A stretch of DNA of 64,000 nt from Candidatus Omnitrophota bacterium (GCA_028715645.1 JAQURK010000002.1:756-64755), one strand, 5' to 3'. Numbered from the stretch's first letter, positions 1 through 10,217 are shown. A program made the numbers and translations. Notes: generated by a model from the sequence alone, not told the origin.

Positions 1-95
1 TCAAGGATTTTTATCATGACCTTAAGGCTTTCCGCCTCGTTATAAACCGGTAAAAAAATCGACAGTTTCCGGAACCCCATATTTATATCAGCCAT

Positions 96-545
96 TTATA
101 ACCCGCCTTTGCTTCCTGATGCCGCCGGCAAGACAATTTTATCGTTTTCAATACCTGCATAGGGCCCTTGTTTGGCTGTAATACATTCAACATCCTCTAA
201 AACCCTTATCGCATGGCCCCCGTTCATAAGAAGAACCGCATCGCCTTTAGTTACGATAACTTCCCCTTCCTTGATTCCTTTGCTGTTAAAAAAATCTACC
301 GCTAATTTACCTTTAACGATATAGAGCATCTGAAAGATATCCGCTTTAATATTAATTTTCTGGTGGGTATGCGGGGCTTCCAGGTATCCGGCCTTATGCG
401 CTATTACACCAAACTGCATGGGGCTCTGCGGCCCTGTAAAAAAATCTGACTTTTCAGCCGCAAAACCTTTTCTTATGACTATAGCGTAATCCAATTTATT
501 AAAAGTTATTTTATCGACATGCATATTGCCATTATAATATGTCAC
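96..545 (-). CDS. Cupin-fold protein (WbuC-like), linked to polysaccharide biosynthesis
   Basis: 149-aa ORF. Small beta-rich protein with His-containing cupin-like motifs. Sits at the edge of a sugar-biosynthesis cluster. Confidence 0.55.
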   Translation of the reverse strand: MTYYNGNMHVDKITFNKLDYAIVIRKGFAAEKSDFFTGPQSPMQFGVIAHKAGYLEAPHTHQKINIKADIFQMLYIVKGKLAVDFFNSKGIKEGEVIVTKGDAVLLMNGGHAIRVLEDVECITAKQGPYAGIENDKIVLPAASGSKGGL

Positions 546-2686
546 CGGGTCAAGTCAAGAAAAATGGGATATATAAACTTCGCCAATTTCTTTCCTATAA
601 TATCGCATCCTGTTTCATTAAAATGGGTAGAGGTGTTAAGCGGGTCATATTCATACATATTTCTATCCGGTTTTGTGAACATTTCATTGAAAGTATAAAT
701 TTTAAAACTATTATTTAATAAAACCTCGCGCTGCCAGTCTTCAATAAAGCCGGTGGCTACCAATGGTATTTTATGGTCCTTGGCTGTGTTGGCGAAATCA
801 CAAATATATTTTTTCCAGTTGTCGTTGCCAAGCATATAATGATATCGTGGAGGGACTCGATCCTTGGTGCGGGGAGGATGGGGCAGATGCACGGCGGTCT
901 CCCTGTCCTTGTCGGCCCTCGCTGTCCCTGTCAATCCTTCAATAAAAAGCAGTGCGTCTGTATAATTTTGTTCAAACCAACTATAAAAAAATTTCTCAGA
1001 CACGGCAGAGTATATAAATCTCTTCCACAAGAAAACCAATATATAACTTTTGTACACCATGTGATTTAAAAGTTTATTTTCAGGCTGGATATAGTTGCAT
1101 ACATGGGTATCGTTTATCGCGATTTGGAGAATAATCAAATTTGGATTAAAACGCAAGGCCCTGGTTTTAAGCAGTTCGATCTCCTGGGAGGTATTATAAC
1201 CCGGCACGCCGAAATTTAATACCTTGATCTTTACGTCTTTATTAAGGGTACTTAAATAATTTTCCATTATGTTGGGGTATGTATTATGCCAATCCTTCAC
1301 AGAGCTGCAAAAGGTATGGGAATCGCCTATCACGGCGATAACATAACTGCCGCTCAAATCCCTCATATCAAATTCATCCTGGCGCATTCCAAAACTGTTG
1401 ACTTGAGGGTACGCCGGGTTAAGTTCGTAAACAAGCTCTGGGTTTTTGCTTGAGACGTAGATAGATACCGGCTCTTTATATCGCAGATAAACTTCGGCTA
1501 TCAGAAGAATACTAAAAAATATAATTAGCATTTTTTTATATTCTCTAAGTTTGGAGGAGGCGGCAATTAATGAGGCCCTGATATCGGGCATCAATTCCTT
1601 TGTCAAAATTGCAATAAAGTACAAATGGAAAATTGTTCTAATGAAACAGGCCGGGGTCAGCAGGCTTTCCTTAAATCCGTCATAAGCGATAGGAAAATGA
1701 AAATACGTCGCAAAATCAAAAAGGGCTATCGGCACGATATCCTTCCAATTTCGCGCTCGCAGGATGAGAAATGGCGTGACCCATAAAATCCATTGAGGCG
1801 AATAGAATTTTGCAAAAAGCATAAACACCAAAATGGAAAGGGCCGCCCAGCGGATTATTTTTTGAAAAGAATCTATTTTACTAATCGCGGTTAACGGCAT
1901 GACTGCAAATTGAAGCATAAAAAATATAAAATACCAGATTTTAGTTTTTGATGTGACGCCCACCAGATACAGCAGGTAAAAAAAGGACTCCGCATTACAC
2001 CCTCTCCTCGCCTGAATTACATATGGAATTAAACAGGCCCTAAGCCCCCCGGTTAAAAACGTAGTAACTACTGCGGAAAAAATAACAAGAAAAAACATCG
2101 ATAATGCAACCACATCGATTTTTTTAAGCCGATAATATTGAAAACTTAAAAAAATAGGCAAAAGAACGAGCAGATACCATTTGGCTAAAATGCCCAATGA
2201 CAGGACAAGGATGGCCGCTTTGTGCCTGTTCTCTGATAAAAATTTTACGCTTAAGAGGCTTAAAAATACAGGGAAGATGTCATATCTGTAAAGTGAAAAA
2301 TAGAGCGACGCGGGCAAAAACATGGCTAATGCGAAATATCTGTGGTCTCTCCTTAGACGGTATAACAGTATCACGGAGGCCAAGAAAAAAATAAGCATAA
2401 TAGCCGAAAAAATGATCGAATATCCCTGGACCGTATAATTAATTCTTAAAAGGGAAAGTAGAACGTGCGGCACCGCAAATAGGCATACTGCAAGCTGCGG
2501 GTATTCAGAACCTATATCCTTATATGGAACTTTCTTAAGAGGATACCACATCCCTTCGTCATGATAGCGCTTTCTGTCACAAGGATCGTTCAAAAACCTT
2601 ATACTATGGCCCTTTTCCGCGTAGTACAACAGACCTATAAAAAGTAAAATAAAAATCAGAATGATTAAAATCCAATGATTTTTCAT
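542..2686 (-). CDS. Polytopic membrane protein fused to a C-terminal SGNH/GDSL hydrolase domain (possible glycan O-acyl modification enzyme)
   Basis: 714 aa. The N-terminal ~400 aa are strongly hydrophobic, with roughly 11 predicted TM helices. The C-terminal part carries GDSL/SGNH blocks (VIGDSHT; GVPGYNT; D..THFNETG). Overlaps the neighbouring gene by 4 nt. Confidence 0.6.
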   Translation of the reverse strand: MKNHWILIILIFILLFIGLLYYAEKGHSIRFLNDPCDRKRYHDEGMWYPLKKVPYKDIGSEYPQLAVCLFAVPHVLLSLLRINYTVQGYSIIFSAIMLIFFLASVILLYRLRRDHRYFALAMFLPASLYFSLYRYDIFPVFLSLLSVKFLSENRHKAAILVLSLGILAKWYLLVLLPIFLSFQYYRLKKIDVVALSMFFLVIFSAVVTTFLTGGLRACLIPYVIQARRGCNAESFFYLLYLVGVTSKTKIWYFIFFMLQFAVMPLTAISKIDSFQKIIRWAALSILVFMLFAKFYSPQWILWVTPFLILRARNWKDIVPIALFDFATYFHFPIAYDGFKESLLTPACFIRTIFHLYFIAILTKELMPDIRASLIAASSKLREYKKMLIIFFSILLIAEVYLRYKEPVSIYVSSKNPELVYELNPAYPQVNSFGMRQDEFDMRDLSGSYVIAVIGDSHTFCSSVKDWHNTYPNIMENYLSTLNKDVKIKVLNFGVPGYNTSQEIELLKTRALRFNPNLIILQIAINDTHVCNYIQPENKLLNHMVYKSYILVFLWKRFIYSAVSEKFFYSWFEQNYTDALLFIEGLTGTARADKDRETAVHLPHPPRTKDRVPPRYHYMLGNDNWKKYICDFANTAKDHKIPLVATGFIEDWQREVLLNNSFKIYTFNEMFTKPDRNMYEYDPLNTSTHFNETGCDIIGKKLAKFIYPIFLDLTR

Positions 2687-2697
2687 ACAAGGTCCAA

Positions 2698-2856
2698 TTA
2701 AAATATGGCGTAAATAAACGGGGCTACTGCGGATCCTTCGCTAAATATAATCAAAAAGCTGGCTAATATCAGGATTATTATTATTGGCAGAAGCCAATAC
2801 CTTTTCCTGCATCTTAAGAATTCCCATAATTCAGCGACCAATTCAAGCTTACTCAT
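2698..2856 (-). CDS. Small membrane protein, DUF5989/SxtK-like (copy 1; absent from the ORF track because it is under 60 aa)
   Basis: 52-aa ORF MSKLELVAELWEFLRCRKRYWLLPIIIILILASFLIIFSEGSAVAPFIYAIF. Resembles the short 'ELWEFL...RKKYWLLPI...GSAVAPFIYTLF' peptides that accompany carbamoyltransferase/SxtJ genes. A tandem paralog follows. Confidence 0.5.
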   Translation of the reverse strand: MSKLELVAELWEFLRCRKRYWLLPIIIILILASFLIIFSEGSAVAPFIYAIF

Positions 2857-2872
2857 CTAATCTCATATTATT

Positions 2873-3031
2873 TTAAAAAAACGTGTACAGAAAAGGAGAC
2901 AGAATCGAGCTTTCGGTAAATATAATTAAAAGGCCTAATAACAGAAGAACTATTACTATTGGTAAAAGCCAATATCGTTTCCTGTATTTTAAAAATTCCC
3001 AAAGTTCCCTGACCAGCCGAAATTTACCCAT
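2873..3031 (-). CDS. Small membrane protein, DUF5989/SxtK-like (copy 2, tandem paralog)
   Basis: 52-aa ORF MGKFRLVRELWEFLKYRKRYWLLPIVIVLLLLGLLIIFTESSILSPFLYTFF. About 70% nucleotide identity to the adjacent copy across a ~115-nt unit. Confidence 0.5.
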   Translation of the reverse strand: MGKFRLVRELWEFLKYRKRYWLLPIVIVLLLLGLLIIFTESSILSPFLYTFF

Positions 3032-4043
3032 TCAACCTTCTTTTCCCTATCATCAAAAAAAGTCCCCCTTCCCTATGGCCTGTAAATACAAGTCTGCCTT
3101 GCGCTGTAAAATGGCTTAGGGCATTTCCCCTTGGAGATGCCCTGAACAGGCGTTCCTTTTCTGAAAAAGGTTCGAAGGTTATCTTTGGTATGCTATTTAC
3201 AAAATCAAAGCCTGTCTGGTCAAACCATCTCAGCACCTCTCCAACCGTATGTTTCGATTCATGGGGGTTTTTATACTGGTCAAGAAACCAGGTATTTTTC
3301 TTAACGCCTCCCGTATCTTTCCGTTTTAACTGTTTATCGAAAATCACTGATTTTTCGCCAAATACACTGAAGACAAGCCGCTGGATATCCGTTGCCAGTC
3401 GCCCATATCTATTGTACAGGCCCACCATTATAAATCCGCCTTTTTTTACAAGCCCGGCTATGGACTTAAATCCCAAAAATGGATCGCTGGTATGATGGAG
3501 AACGCCGTTGCAGATAACAAGCGGGAAACTCTTCTCTTTAAATATGGGCCTGAAAAGATTCATCTGATAAAACCCGGCGTTCCTTAGATCGTTTTTTTCC
3601 TTAAACTCCTGCGCCAACCGCAAAGAATTTAAACATATGTCGGCCCCAAACACGCGCCTGTTTGCGATGCCCAAAAAATTGCTTAACTGTCCTGTCCCGC
3701 ATCCGACCTCAAGCACCCTTATGTTAAAAGGTATCTGCTCATTAAGCATGCGCGCAAAAAAACCCTTCTCGGCCTTGTTGACCAGATCGCCCGCGTCTTC
3801 CAGATCGTCGTAGTTTGGAAATGGCGTCTTTTCATAAAAGGATTTTATAACCGAGGTGACATCGCCTTGTGATTCGTCCCAATCATTCGGCCAAAAAAGA
3901 AGAGGCACCCCGCCCTCAAAGCGGTAATTATTTCCGCATCCCTTGCACCTTATGGCGCCAGAGAACATCTCTAATCCGCCGCTGCATATGGGGCATATAA
4001 AAATCTCCATATTTTCGAGCATATGGGTCATTGGCGAGCTCAT
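3024..4043 (-). CDS. Class I SAM-dependent methyltransferase with an N-terminal Trm112-like zinc ribbon
   Basis: CPICSGGL...CKGCG zinc-ribbon motif, followed by a Rossmann SAM-binding motif (VLEVGCGTGQLS). Confidence 0.7.
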   Translation of the reverse strand: MSSPMTHMLENMEIFICPICSGGLEMFSGAIRCKGCGNNYRFEGGVPLLFWPNDWDESQGDVTSVIKSFYEKTPFPNYDDLEDAGDLVNKAEKGFFARMLNEQIPFNIRVLEVGCGTGQLSNFLGIANRRVFGADICLNSLRLAQEFKEKNDLRNAGFYQMNLFRPIFKEKSFPLVICNGVLHHTSDPFLGFKSIAGLVKKGGFIMVGLYNRYGRLATDIQRLVFSVFGEKSVIFDKQLKRKDTGGVKKNTWFLDQYKNPHESKHTVGEVLRWFDQTGFDFVNSIPKITFEPFSEKERLFRASPRGNALSHFTAQGRLVFTGHREGGLFLMIGKRRLNG

Positions 4044-4044
4044 G

Positions 4045-4809
4045 TCAGGCTGTCCCCCTGTAATAGTCTTTTCTGCTTAATGATCTCTCAAGCCATAGGT
4101 ATAGAATGATAAACAGGTACCTTGATCCCATCTCTCCTATATTCCATTTTGACACACCCTTGATCCTGCCGTACCAATTTGTTGGCACCACACACCATCT
4201 ATATCCTCTTACAATAGTCTTTAGCGGCATTTGTACCGTCAGATTGAAATGGCAGGAGATAAGTGGCTGCATCCCCGCTATGGCTTTTCTTGAATAACAC
4301 TTAAAGGCGTTGGTAACATCATTATAAGGCAGCCAGAAAAGAATCTGAATAAAAAGATTGCCTATTCTGTTTAATAAAAACTTGTGACGGGGATAGTTAA
4401 TAACCCTGGCCTGACGGCAAAATCGTGTCCCAAAAACGCATTCGAATCCTTCCAGAATTTTTTTGTAATATTTAATAATATCACTCGGGTCATCTGAAGA
4501 GTCCGCCATGACAATAACAACCGCCTCGCCCCTTGCGAACTCAAGGCCGCGGCGCACGGTGTACCCGTATCCCGGGGCATAAATGTTCTTTACTAATTTC
4601 ACCCTTGAGTCTTTTTCAGATATACGGTTTATTGTCTCGGCGGTCTTATCGGTGCTGTGGTCATCAATCACTATTATCTCAAAAGGTATTGCCTCGGTTT
4701 CCAAAACCCCCGTAATCCCCTGGAGCGTATTCGGCAAATTACCGGCCTCATTGTGGGCTGGGATTACAACCGATAATAACGCCCCTGATTTGTTATTATT
4801 GGATTGCAT
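4045..4809 (-). CDS. Family 2 glycosyltransferase (polyprenyl-phosphate sugar transferase-like, DPM1/GtrB type)
   Basis: LSVVIPAHNEAGNL...VIDDHSTDKT...D.D motifs typical of GT2. Confidence 0.8.
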   Translation of the reverse strand: MQSNNNKSGALLSVVIPAHNEAGNLPNTLQGITGVLETEAIPFEIIVIDDHSTDKTAETINRISEKDSRVKLVKNIYAPGYGYTVRRGLEFARGEAVVIVMADSSDDPSDIIKYYKKILEGFECVFGTRFCRQARVINYPRHKFLLNRIGNLFIQILFWLPYNDVTNAFKCYSRKAIAGMQPLISCHFNLTVQMPLKTIVRGYRWCVVPTNWYGRIKGVSKWNIGEMGSRYLFIILYLWLERSLSRKDYYRGTA

Positions 4810-4811
4810 CG

Positions 4812-5213
4812 TTAAAATTGCTTTTCATATTGCGCCGGCTCAAGGACCTTCTTGCGGGGTCTTGCAATCCAATATGACTCCTTTACCCTATCCATCTTCA
4901 AACCCAGCAAATCCTTGCCTGTCAGCCTCATGAATAAACCAATCGGCAAAAAAATCAAATAGAAAATCAATAACAGCAGAAACTTCGTATTTAACCAGCC
5001 GATGATATGCGCAATACGCATCCATACCTTGTAGATAGGCCTTAAGATTGAGGGCGCGACCAAACCCGCTATGCCAAAGGCGCTTCCTGCTATCACAAAA
5101 TATATCCAGGTCATAGGCTGGCCCTTGAAACAGAGCCGAATACTGAGAGCCAAAAGTATGCTTCCCAATATAAGGCCAAAGCTGCGTAAATTTTTACCTT
5201 CTGTTTTAGCCAT
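4812..5213 (-). CDS. SxtJ-like small membrane protein, carbamoyltransferase-associated
   Basis: 133 aa with 3-4 predicted TM helices. Lies immediately downstream of the carbamoyltransferase gene, matching the conserved sxtI-sxtJ-sxtK-type arrangement. Confidence 0.45.
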   Translation of the reverse strand: MAKTEGKNLRSFGLILGSILLALSIRLCFKGQPMTWIYFVIAGSAFGIAGLVAPSILRPIYKVWMRIAHIIGWLNTKFLLLLIFYLIFLPIGLFMRLTGKDLLGLKMDRVKESYWIARPRKKVLEPAQYEKQF

Positions 5214-5219
5214 TGATTT

Positions 5220-7037
5220 TTAGTCTAATTCAAACTCCTTTCTCCAATCGGTCTCTTCTTGAACATACCTCTGCTTGTGTTTATCCAAAAGAAAGCTCCC
5301 CATCACCAGGTAATCCATGTTTGTACGCATGAAGCAGCGGTAGGCCTCTTCCGGTCGGCAGACTATCGGTTCTCCTCTTACATTGAAGGAGGTGTTAATT
5401 ATCACCGGACAGCCGGTCTTTTCGTAAAATTTTTTTATGAGCGCATAATATACGGGGTGCTCCGTTTCTTTTATTGTCTGGATTCTGGCGGAGTAATCCA
5501 CATGAGTTACCGCCGGTATCTCTGAGCGAGCTACATTCAATTTGTCTATCCCGAACAGACTCTCCTGTTCCCCGGTAATCGCTATTCGCTTTTCTTTGCG
5601 CACGGGGCTTACCAAAAGCATATAAGGGCTGTCCTGTTCCATCTCAAAGTATTCGGAGACGCTTTCGCTCAAGACCGTCGGCGCAAATGGTCTGAACGAC
5701 TCCCTGAACTTTATCTTAAGATTCATAACGGACTGCATCTTTATTGAACGGGCGTCGCCGATGATGCTCCTTGCGCCAAGCGCCCTTGGGCCAAACTCCA
5801 TCCTTCCCGAAAACCAGCCGATGACCTTTTCCTGGCTTATTAGTCCGGCGACGGTTTCCAGAAGGGCATCCCTGTCTAATTTATTATGCGGTATAGACCT
5901 CTCCTTTAAAAAGGCTTCTATCTCTTGATCGGTGAAACTGGGGCCCAGGAGAGAGGCTTTCTGTGAATCAGTCACGCCATTTGACTTCCTTTCGTTGCCA
6001 AGATACTGATACCAGATAAAAAGGGCTGTTCCTAACGCCCCGCCCGCGTCCCCTGCCGCAGGTTGTATCCAGATATTCTTAAAGGGTCCGTCTTTTAAAA
6101 TCCGGCCGTTTCCGACGCAATTTAACGCGACCCCGCCGGCCAGGCACAGATTGTCTTTTCCCGTTTTCTTATGGACGCGCCTTGCCGACCTGAGCATAAT
6201 CTCCTCGGTAACAACCTGTATTGACCTCGCCAAATCCATGTCTTTCTGCGTAATTTTTGATTCGGGTCTTCGCGGAGGGCCGCCAAATAATTTGTCAAAC
6301 CGTCGATTCGTCATCGTGAGCCCGACCGCGTAATTAAAATATTTCATATTCATTTTAAAAGAGCCATCTTCCTTTAAATCCAGGAGTTCACTTAAAATCA
6401 TATCCACATATCTGGGCTTCCCATAAGGAGCGAGCCCCATTACCTTGTATTCCGCGGAATTCACCTTGAATCCCGTATAGTAGGTAAAGGCGGAATATAA
6501 AAGCCCCAGTGAATGCGGAAATCTCTGCTCTTCCAGTAATTCAATTCTGTTTCCGTCTCCCACACCAAAACTTGAAGTATCCCATTCACCCACAGCGTCC
6601 ATTGTCAATATCGCCGCGTCCTGAAACGGGGACGGGAAAAACGCCGATGCGGCATGGGATTCATGATGCTCTGGAAAAATAAGCTTACCCTTGTAATTCA
6701 ATTCATTACTGATGAAATCTGACATCCAGAGCCTCTGCTTAATCCAGATAGGCATGGCCTTCATAAAAGAGCGGATACCCCACGGGCTGTTTGCCAGATA
6801 CGTAAAAAGTATTCTCTCAAATTTTATAAAAGGCTTCTCATAAAAACCTATGAAGTCAACATCGCCTATGCCGATCCCACCTTCTTTCAGGCAATAGGCA
6901 ATCGCATTTTTAGGAAAATTGGCGTCGTGTTTTTTTCTTGTAAACCTTTCTTCCTGGGCGGCGGCCACTATCTCGCCGTCCTTCACAAGGCAGGCGGCCG
7001 AATCATGATAAAAACAGGATATCCCCAGAATATTCAT
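5220..7037 (-). CDS. Carbamoyltransferase (NodU/CmcH/SxtI family)
   Basis: 605 aa. The N-terminus MNILGISCFYHDSAACLV...PEHHESHAASAF is the Kae1/YgjD-like carbamoyltransferase domain, and a C-terminal YrdC-like domain follows. Confidence 0.85.
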   Translation of the reverse strand: MNILGISCFYHDSAACLVKDGEIVAAAQEERFTRKKHDANFPKNAIAYCLKEGGIGIGDVDFIGFYEKPFIKFERILFTYLANSPWGIRSFMKAMPIWIKQRLWMSDFISNELNYKGKLIFPEHHESHAASAFFPSPFQDAAILTMDAVGEWDTSSFGVGDGNRIELLEEQRFPHSLGLLYSAFTYYTGFKVNSAEYKVMGLAPYGKPRYVDMILSELLDLKEDGSFKMNMKYFNYAVGLTMTNRRFDKLFGGPPRRPESKITQKDMDLARSIQVVTEEIMLRSARRVHKKTGKDNLCLAGGVALNCVGNGRILKDGPFKNIWIQPAAGDAGGALGTALFIWYQYLGNERKSNGVTDSQKASLLGPSFTDQEIEAFLKERSIPHNKLDRDALLETVAGLISQEKVIGWFSGRMEFGPRALGARSIIGDARSIKMQSVMNLKIKFRESFRPFAPTVLSESVSEYFEMEQDSPYMLLVSPVRKEKRIAITGEQESLFGIDKLNVARSEIPAVTHVDYSARIQTIKETEHPVYYALIKKFYEKTGCPVIINTSFNVRGEPIVCRPEEAYRCFMRTNMDYLVMGSFLLDKHKQRYVQEETDWRKEFELD

Positions 7038-7966
7038 CTTGATTTAAACCAGTCCAGGGTAAGTTTGAGTCCGCGATCGAACTTTACGGAAGGGGTGATG
7101 CCAAGGTATGCCTTTAAGCCTTTGATATCCGCCTGTGTCTTTCTGGCGTCACCTTTACGGGCGGGGCCGAAGACAGGCTTTATTTTAGCGCCGAGGAATT
7201 TATTAAGGAATTTTATGATATCAAGCACGGAATAGCTGTCTCCGCATCCAACATTGATGACCCGGCCCGCGGCCTTTTTTGACAGGGCCGCGGCAAGATT
7301 TGCCTCAACTACGTTGAAAACGTAGGTAAAATCCCTCGATTGTACGCCCGTGCCGTCCACCATCGGGCTTTCTCCCTTAATCATCCTTGAGATAAATGCC
7401 GGTATTACGGCCGAATATTTGGATTCCGGGTTCTGCCTTGGGCCGAAAACATTGAAATACCGAAGCGAAACCGTCTCAAGGCCAAAGGTGGCGCTGTAGA
7501 CGCCGCAGTAATATTCACCTGCCAGTTTTGAGGCGCCGTACGGGGAAAGCGGGTTCAATAAGATATCCTCTTCCTGCGGAAATTTATCTACATTCCCATA
7601 TACCGAACTGCTTGAGGCATAGACAATCCTTTTTACCTTGGTCCTGTGGGCCGCTATGAGGACATTTAATGTCCCTGCGACATTTGTCTCGTTGCACAAT
7701 GTGGGGTTTTCAACGGATTTGGGCACGGAACGAAAGGCGGCCTGATGGATTACATAATCAATATCCTTCGAAACCTTTTCCATCAGCCCCAGGTCCCTTA
7801 TATCGCCTTCTATAAGCTCTATCCTTTTTAAAAAAGGCTCGAGGTTCTCCCTTTTACCGGTAATAAAATTGTCTATAACCCTTACTTCCTCGCCCCTCTT
7901 TACCAACTCCTCGACGATATTTGAACCTATGAAACCGGCGCCTCCGGTAACAAGATATCTGCTCAT
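7034..7966 (-). CDS. NAD-dependent nucleotide-sugar epimerase (UDP-GlcNAcA/UDP-GlcNAc 4-epimerase-like, TviC/WbpP family)
   Basis: GGAGFIGSN Rossmann motif, YxxxK active-site region, 310 aa. Paired with an adjacent UDP-sugar dehydrogenase. Confidence 0.75.
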   Translation of the reverse strand: MSRYLVTGGAGFIGSNIVEELVKRGEEVRVIDNFITGKRENLEPFLKRIELIEGDIRDLGLMEKVSKDIDYVIHQAAFRSVPKSVENPTLCNETNVAGTLNVLIAAHRTKVKRIVYASSSSVYGNVDKFPQEEDILLNPLSPYGASKLAGEYYCGVYSATFGLETVSLRYFNVFGPRQNPESKYSAVIPAFISRMIKGESPMVDGTGVQSRDFTYVFNVVEANLAAALSKKAAGRVINVGCGDSYSVLDIIKFLNKFLGAKIKPVFGPARKGDARKTQADIKGLKAYLGITPSVKFDRGLKLTLDWFKSR

Positions 7967-9285
7967 AATCTGACCAGATTTTTAGCTTTTATGTTTTTAT
8001 AAACATTCCGGGTGTCAAACACTATCTTTGAATTCTTAAGTATCTCCTCATAGTCAACTGAAGAATGGTCCGTGATAATAACAACACAATCCTTATCGCG
8101 GAACTTCCGTATGTTCCACGCCATGGATCTGAAGCAATTGCCGTCTATCTTTATCTCGGAGACATAAGGGTCAAAGAACGAAACAACCGCGCCTTTTTTC
8201 TCCAAAAGCCTTATGATCTCGATGGAAGGCGACTCCCTTGTATCATTTACGTCCTTCTTGTAAGAAACCCCCGATATAAGTATGCGCGAGCCTGAAAGCG
8301 GCTTACGGGCCTTATTCAGGATCTCCGCTATTCTTTTTACGACATATTCGGGCATGTAAGAATTGACCATATCGGCAAGTTCTATAAAACGCGCCTCGAA
8401 CCCATGCAGCCTTGCCTTCCATGAAAGGTAAAGAGGATCTATTGGTATGCAATGGCCCCCCAGACCCGGGCCCGGATAAAACGGCATAAAGCCAAAGGGC
8501 TTGGTCTTTGCCGACTCGATTACCTCCCAGACATTTATATCGAGCTTGTGGCACATCAACGCTATCTCGTTTACCAGGCCTATATTTACGCTCCTAAAGG
8601 TATTTTCAAGCAGTTTGACCATTTCGGCGGTCTTTGCGGAGGAAACTACCATGACCGTTCTTATGACCTGCTTGTAAAACAGCTGCCCGAGTTCAGCCGA
8701 TTTTTTTGTAACCCCGCCCACTACCTTGGGGATGTCCTTTGTCTTGTATCTTATGTTGCCGGGATCCACCCTTTCCGGCGAAAATGCGAGGAAAAAATCC
8801 GTATCGAGTCTCATCTTGCTTTTAGAAAGGGCCGGTAATACCACTTCATCCGTTGTCCCGGGATACGTAGTGCTTTCAAGGATTATAAGCTGCCCCTTCT
8901 TCCGGTGGCGGGCGATCTCTTCGGCGGCATTGACTATATACGAGATATCCGGTTCCCTGGTTTTCCTTAATGGGGTAGGGACGCAGATAATTATCACGTC
9001 CAGTTTTTTTACCGCCCTGTAGTCCGCCGCGGCGGAAAAAAGCCCCGCGTCCATAATGGCCCTTATATCCTCATTAGTGACGTCAAGGATATAACTTTTC
9101 TTGTTTTGCAGGGCAGTTACGCGTGACCGGTCAAGGTCTACCCCGGACACCTCAAAACCCTTCTTGGCAAATTCAACGGCCAGCGGAAGGCCTACATAAC
9201 CTAGGCCTATAACGCCCAGCCTCGCCTTTTTTGTAACGATCTTATTTTTTAACCTTGAGTACATTTTTTTAATTCCTTCCACCAC
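7963..9285 (-). CDS. UDP-N-acetyl-D-hexosamine 6-dehydrogenase (TviB/WbpA/WecC family nucleotide-sugar dehydrogenase)
   Basis: GVIGLGYVGLPLAVEFAKKG N-terminal NAD-binding motif with a catalytic Cys region. 440 aa. Confidence 0.75.
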   Translation of the reverse strand: MVEGIKKMYSRLKNKIVTKKARLGVIGLGYVGLPLAVEFAKKGFEVSGVDLDRSRVTALQNKKSYILDVTNEDIRAIMDAGLFSAAADYRAVKKLDVIIICVPTPLRKTREPDISYIVNAAEEIARHRKKGQLIILESTTYPGTTDEVVLPALSKSKMRLDTDFFLAFSPERVDPGNIRYKTKDIPKVVGGVTKKSAELGQLFYKQVIRTVMVVSSAKTAEMVKLLENTFRSVNIGLVNEIALMCHKLDINVWEVIESAKTKPFGFMPFYPGPGLGGHCIPIDPLYLSWKARLHGFEARFIELADMVNSYMPEYVVKRIAEILNKARKPLSGSRILISGVSYKKDVNDTRESPSIEIIRLLEKKGAVVSFFDPYVSEIKIDGNCFRSMAWNIRKFRDKDCVVIITDHSSVDYEEILKNSKIVFDTRNVYKNIKAKNLVRL

Positions 9286-10217
9286 TTTTCATTCATCTGA
9301 TACCACTCTACTGTCTCTTTAAGGGCTTCATTAAAGCTTTTTTTAGGCCGCCAGCCCAGCGCCTTTACCTTTTCGCAATTTACGGCGTACCTCTTATCAT
9401 GGCCTGGGCGGTCTTCGACGAATTTTATGAGCGACTCCGGCTTTCCCATAATAGCCAGGATCTGCCTGGTCAGGTCTATATTTCGCATTTCGGATCCGCC
9501 GCCTATATTGTAAATTGCCCCGGCGTCTCCCTTATGGAGCACCGTGTCTATGGCCGCGCAGTTGTCCTCGACATACAGCCAATCCCGGACATTTAAACCG
9601 TCCGCGTAGACAGGCAGGCTTTTATCTTGAATGGCGTTGGTTATAAACAAGGGCATCACCTTCTCCGGGTACTGGTAGGGCCCAAAATTATTAGACGACC
9701 TTGTTATGAGGACAGGTGTTTTGTAGGTTATAAAATAAGCCCTGCACAGGAGGTCGGCGCTTGCCTTGCTTGCGGCGTAAGGGCTGTTTGGTCTTAATGG
9801 GTCCGCCTCCGTGAATTTGCCTTCCGCGATGCTGCCATAGACCTCGTCTGTCGAGATCTGGATATATCTTTTTACGCCGTTCTTCCTGACCGCCTCAAGC
9901 AAGGCGTGGGCCCCATCCACATTTGTGACTATAAAATCCGTGGCGTCTTTAATCGATCTGTCTACATGGGTCTCCGCGGCGAAATTAATTACGGCGTCAC
10001 AGCCTTCGGATCCCTTTAAGACAAGCTTTTCGTCGCAAATATCCCCTTTTATAAACCGGTAATTTTTATCTGTCTCTATTGCCTTAAGGTTCTTCCTGTT
10101 TCCCGCGTAGGTCAGTTTATCGAGGTTTATTATCTTGTAGGAAGGGTGTCTTTTTAGCAAATAGCGTATAAAATTTGAACCGATAAATCCGCAGCCGCCT
10201 GTAATTAATAGTTTCAT
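9249..10217 (-). CDS. rfbB: dTDP-glucose 4,6-dehydratase
   Basis: MKLLITGGCGFIGSNFIRYLL..., 322 aa. Classic RmlB family. Confidence 0.85.
   Translation of the reverse strand: MKLLITGGCGFIGSNFIRYLLKRHPSYKIINLDKLTYAGNRKNLKAIETDKNYRFIKGDICDEKLVLKGSEGCDAVINFAAETHVDRSIKDATDFIVTNVDGAHALLEAVRKNGVKRYIQISTDEVYGSIAEGKFTEADPLRPNSPYAASKASADLLCRAYFITYKTPVLITRSSNNFGPYQYPEKVMPLFITNAIQDKSLPVYADGLNVRDWLYVEDNCAAIDTVLHKGDAGAIYNIGGGSEMRNIDLTRQILAIMGKPESLIKFVEDRPGHDKRYAVNCEKVKALGWRPKKSFNEALKETVEWYQMNEKWWKELKKCTQG

Noticed and set aside
1-17. Possible minus-strand start codon at 15-17 (ATGATAAAAATCCTTGA...) of a gene running off the left edge
   Set aside because: Only 5 codons are visible and the SD is weak. Cannot be supported from this window.
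763-1069. Plus-strand ORFs (763..945, 773..1069, and many similar ones across the window such as 11136..11456, 35392..36855 and 46799..47344)
   Set aside because: They lie antisense within well-supported minus-strand genes and are Ser/Pro/Arg-rich with low complexity. No RBS or homology. Typical shadow ORFs.
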